A DNA stretch of 64,000 nucleotides, from NCBI RefSeq assembly GCF_009914755.1, contig NC_060926.1. One strand, 5' to 3'. The stretch is from the human T2T-CHM13v2.0 reference genome, Homo sapiens. Each line of letters begins with the position of its first letter. Within the stretch, counting starts at the first letter, position 1. Below the pieces are notes generated by a model. That model saw only the letters and a list, made by a program, of their open reading frames with translations. It had not been told where the DNA came from and made no database searches. Made by a program: the position numbers and the translations under genes. Positions 62,913-64,000 of the stretch are shown piece by piece.

Positions 62913-63155
62913 CCCCTCCCTTCCTTCCCTTCCTTCTTTCCTCCTTCCTTCCCTTCCTTCCTTCTTTCCTCCCTTCCTTCCCTTCCTCCTTTCCTTCTTT
63001 CCTCCCTTCCTTCCCTTCCCTTTCCTTCCTTCCCTTCCCCTTCCTTCCTTCCTTCCTTCCTTCCTGCCTTCCTTCCTTCCTCCCTCCCTCCCTCCCTCCT
63101 TCGTTCTTCTCCCTCCCTCCTTCCCTCCTTCCTGCCTTCCTGCCTTCTTTCCTTT
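62913..63155. repeat. (CCTT/CCCT)n polypyrimidine microsatellite, (GGAA)n on the - strand
   Basis: Direct reading; abuts an antisense Alu tail. Confidence 0.9.
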
Positions 63156-63762
63156 GTCACAGTCTCGCTTTGTTACCCAAGCTGGAGTGCAGTGGTGTGA
63201 TCATGGCTCATTGTAGCCTCAAACTCCTAGGCTCAAGCAATCCTCCTACCTCAGCCTCCCAAGTAGCTGGGACCAAAGGCATGCATCACCACATCCAGCT
63301 AATTAAAAAAAAATGTTTTTGTAGAGCTCAGAGTCTCATTATGTTGCCCAGGCTGGTCTCAAACTCCTGGCCTCAAGGTATCATCCTGCCTCAGCCTCCC
63401 TTAAGTGCTAGGATTACAGGAATGAGCCACTTTGACTGACCTGCCCTTAGCCATTCTTTGCGGGTAGGTCTGACTGTGACAAATTCTCTTAGTTTTCTTT
63501 ATCTAACGATGTCTTGATTTCGTCTTTATTTTTGAAAAATGTAGAATCCTGGGTTAATAGATTTGTTTTTCTTTCAATATTTGAAAAATCTGCCATTCTC
63601 TTGGTTGTCCATGCTTTCTGATGAGAAATCCATTCTCACTTGTATTGTGTTTCTCTGTAGACAATGGGATGTTTATCTCTAGCTGCTTTCAAGACTTTCT
63701 CTTTGTCTTTAGTTTTCTGAACTTTGATTATAATATATCCTTTTTTTTTTTTTTTTTTCTGA

Positions 63763-63870
<108 letters not shown>

Positions 63871-64000
63871 TAGCTGGGATTACAGGTGTGCACCACCACG
63901 CCCAGCTAATTTTTTTGTTTTCAGTAGAAACAGGGTTTCACCATGTTGGTCAGGCTGGTCTTGAACCCCTGACCTCAAGTGATCCACATGCCTCGGCCTC

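Overview
Primate (human-like) genomic DNA, rich in Alu, L1, L2, MIR and DNA-transposon relics. Bases ~1-37,780 hold the 3' part of WDR43 (UTP5 orthologue, SSU-processome t-UTP) on the + strand. I could splice 15 coding exons by hand (numbered 4-18 from memory of the 18-exon gene; all GT-AG, phases consistent, 1,549 nt, ending ...[12 protein letters not shown] at 36333), followed by a 3' UTR with two AATAAA signals. The introns host three box C/D snoRNAs (SNORD92, SNORD53, SNORD53B), an antisense Y4 RNA pseudogene and a 36-bp G-rich minisatellite. The remaining ~26 kb is repeat-rich and non-coding and leads towards the neighbouring gene (TOGARAM2/FAM179A, from recalled synteny only). Almost all ORFs in the supplied track are Alu or low-complexity artefacts. 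The best leads concern RNA processing at this snoRNA host: (1) a decayed fourth SNORD53/92-family copy in intron 5; (2) two antisense elements per snoRNA that tile one contiguous 28S rRNA segment; (3) a candidate poison exon in intron 14 whose donor lies inside a long hairpin; (4) an exon 9/10 junction that regenerates a strong 5' splice site between the two SNORD53 introns; (5) an inverted Alu pair sharing private mutations. These are sequence-based hypotheses. I found no evidence for a wholly new gene system.
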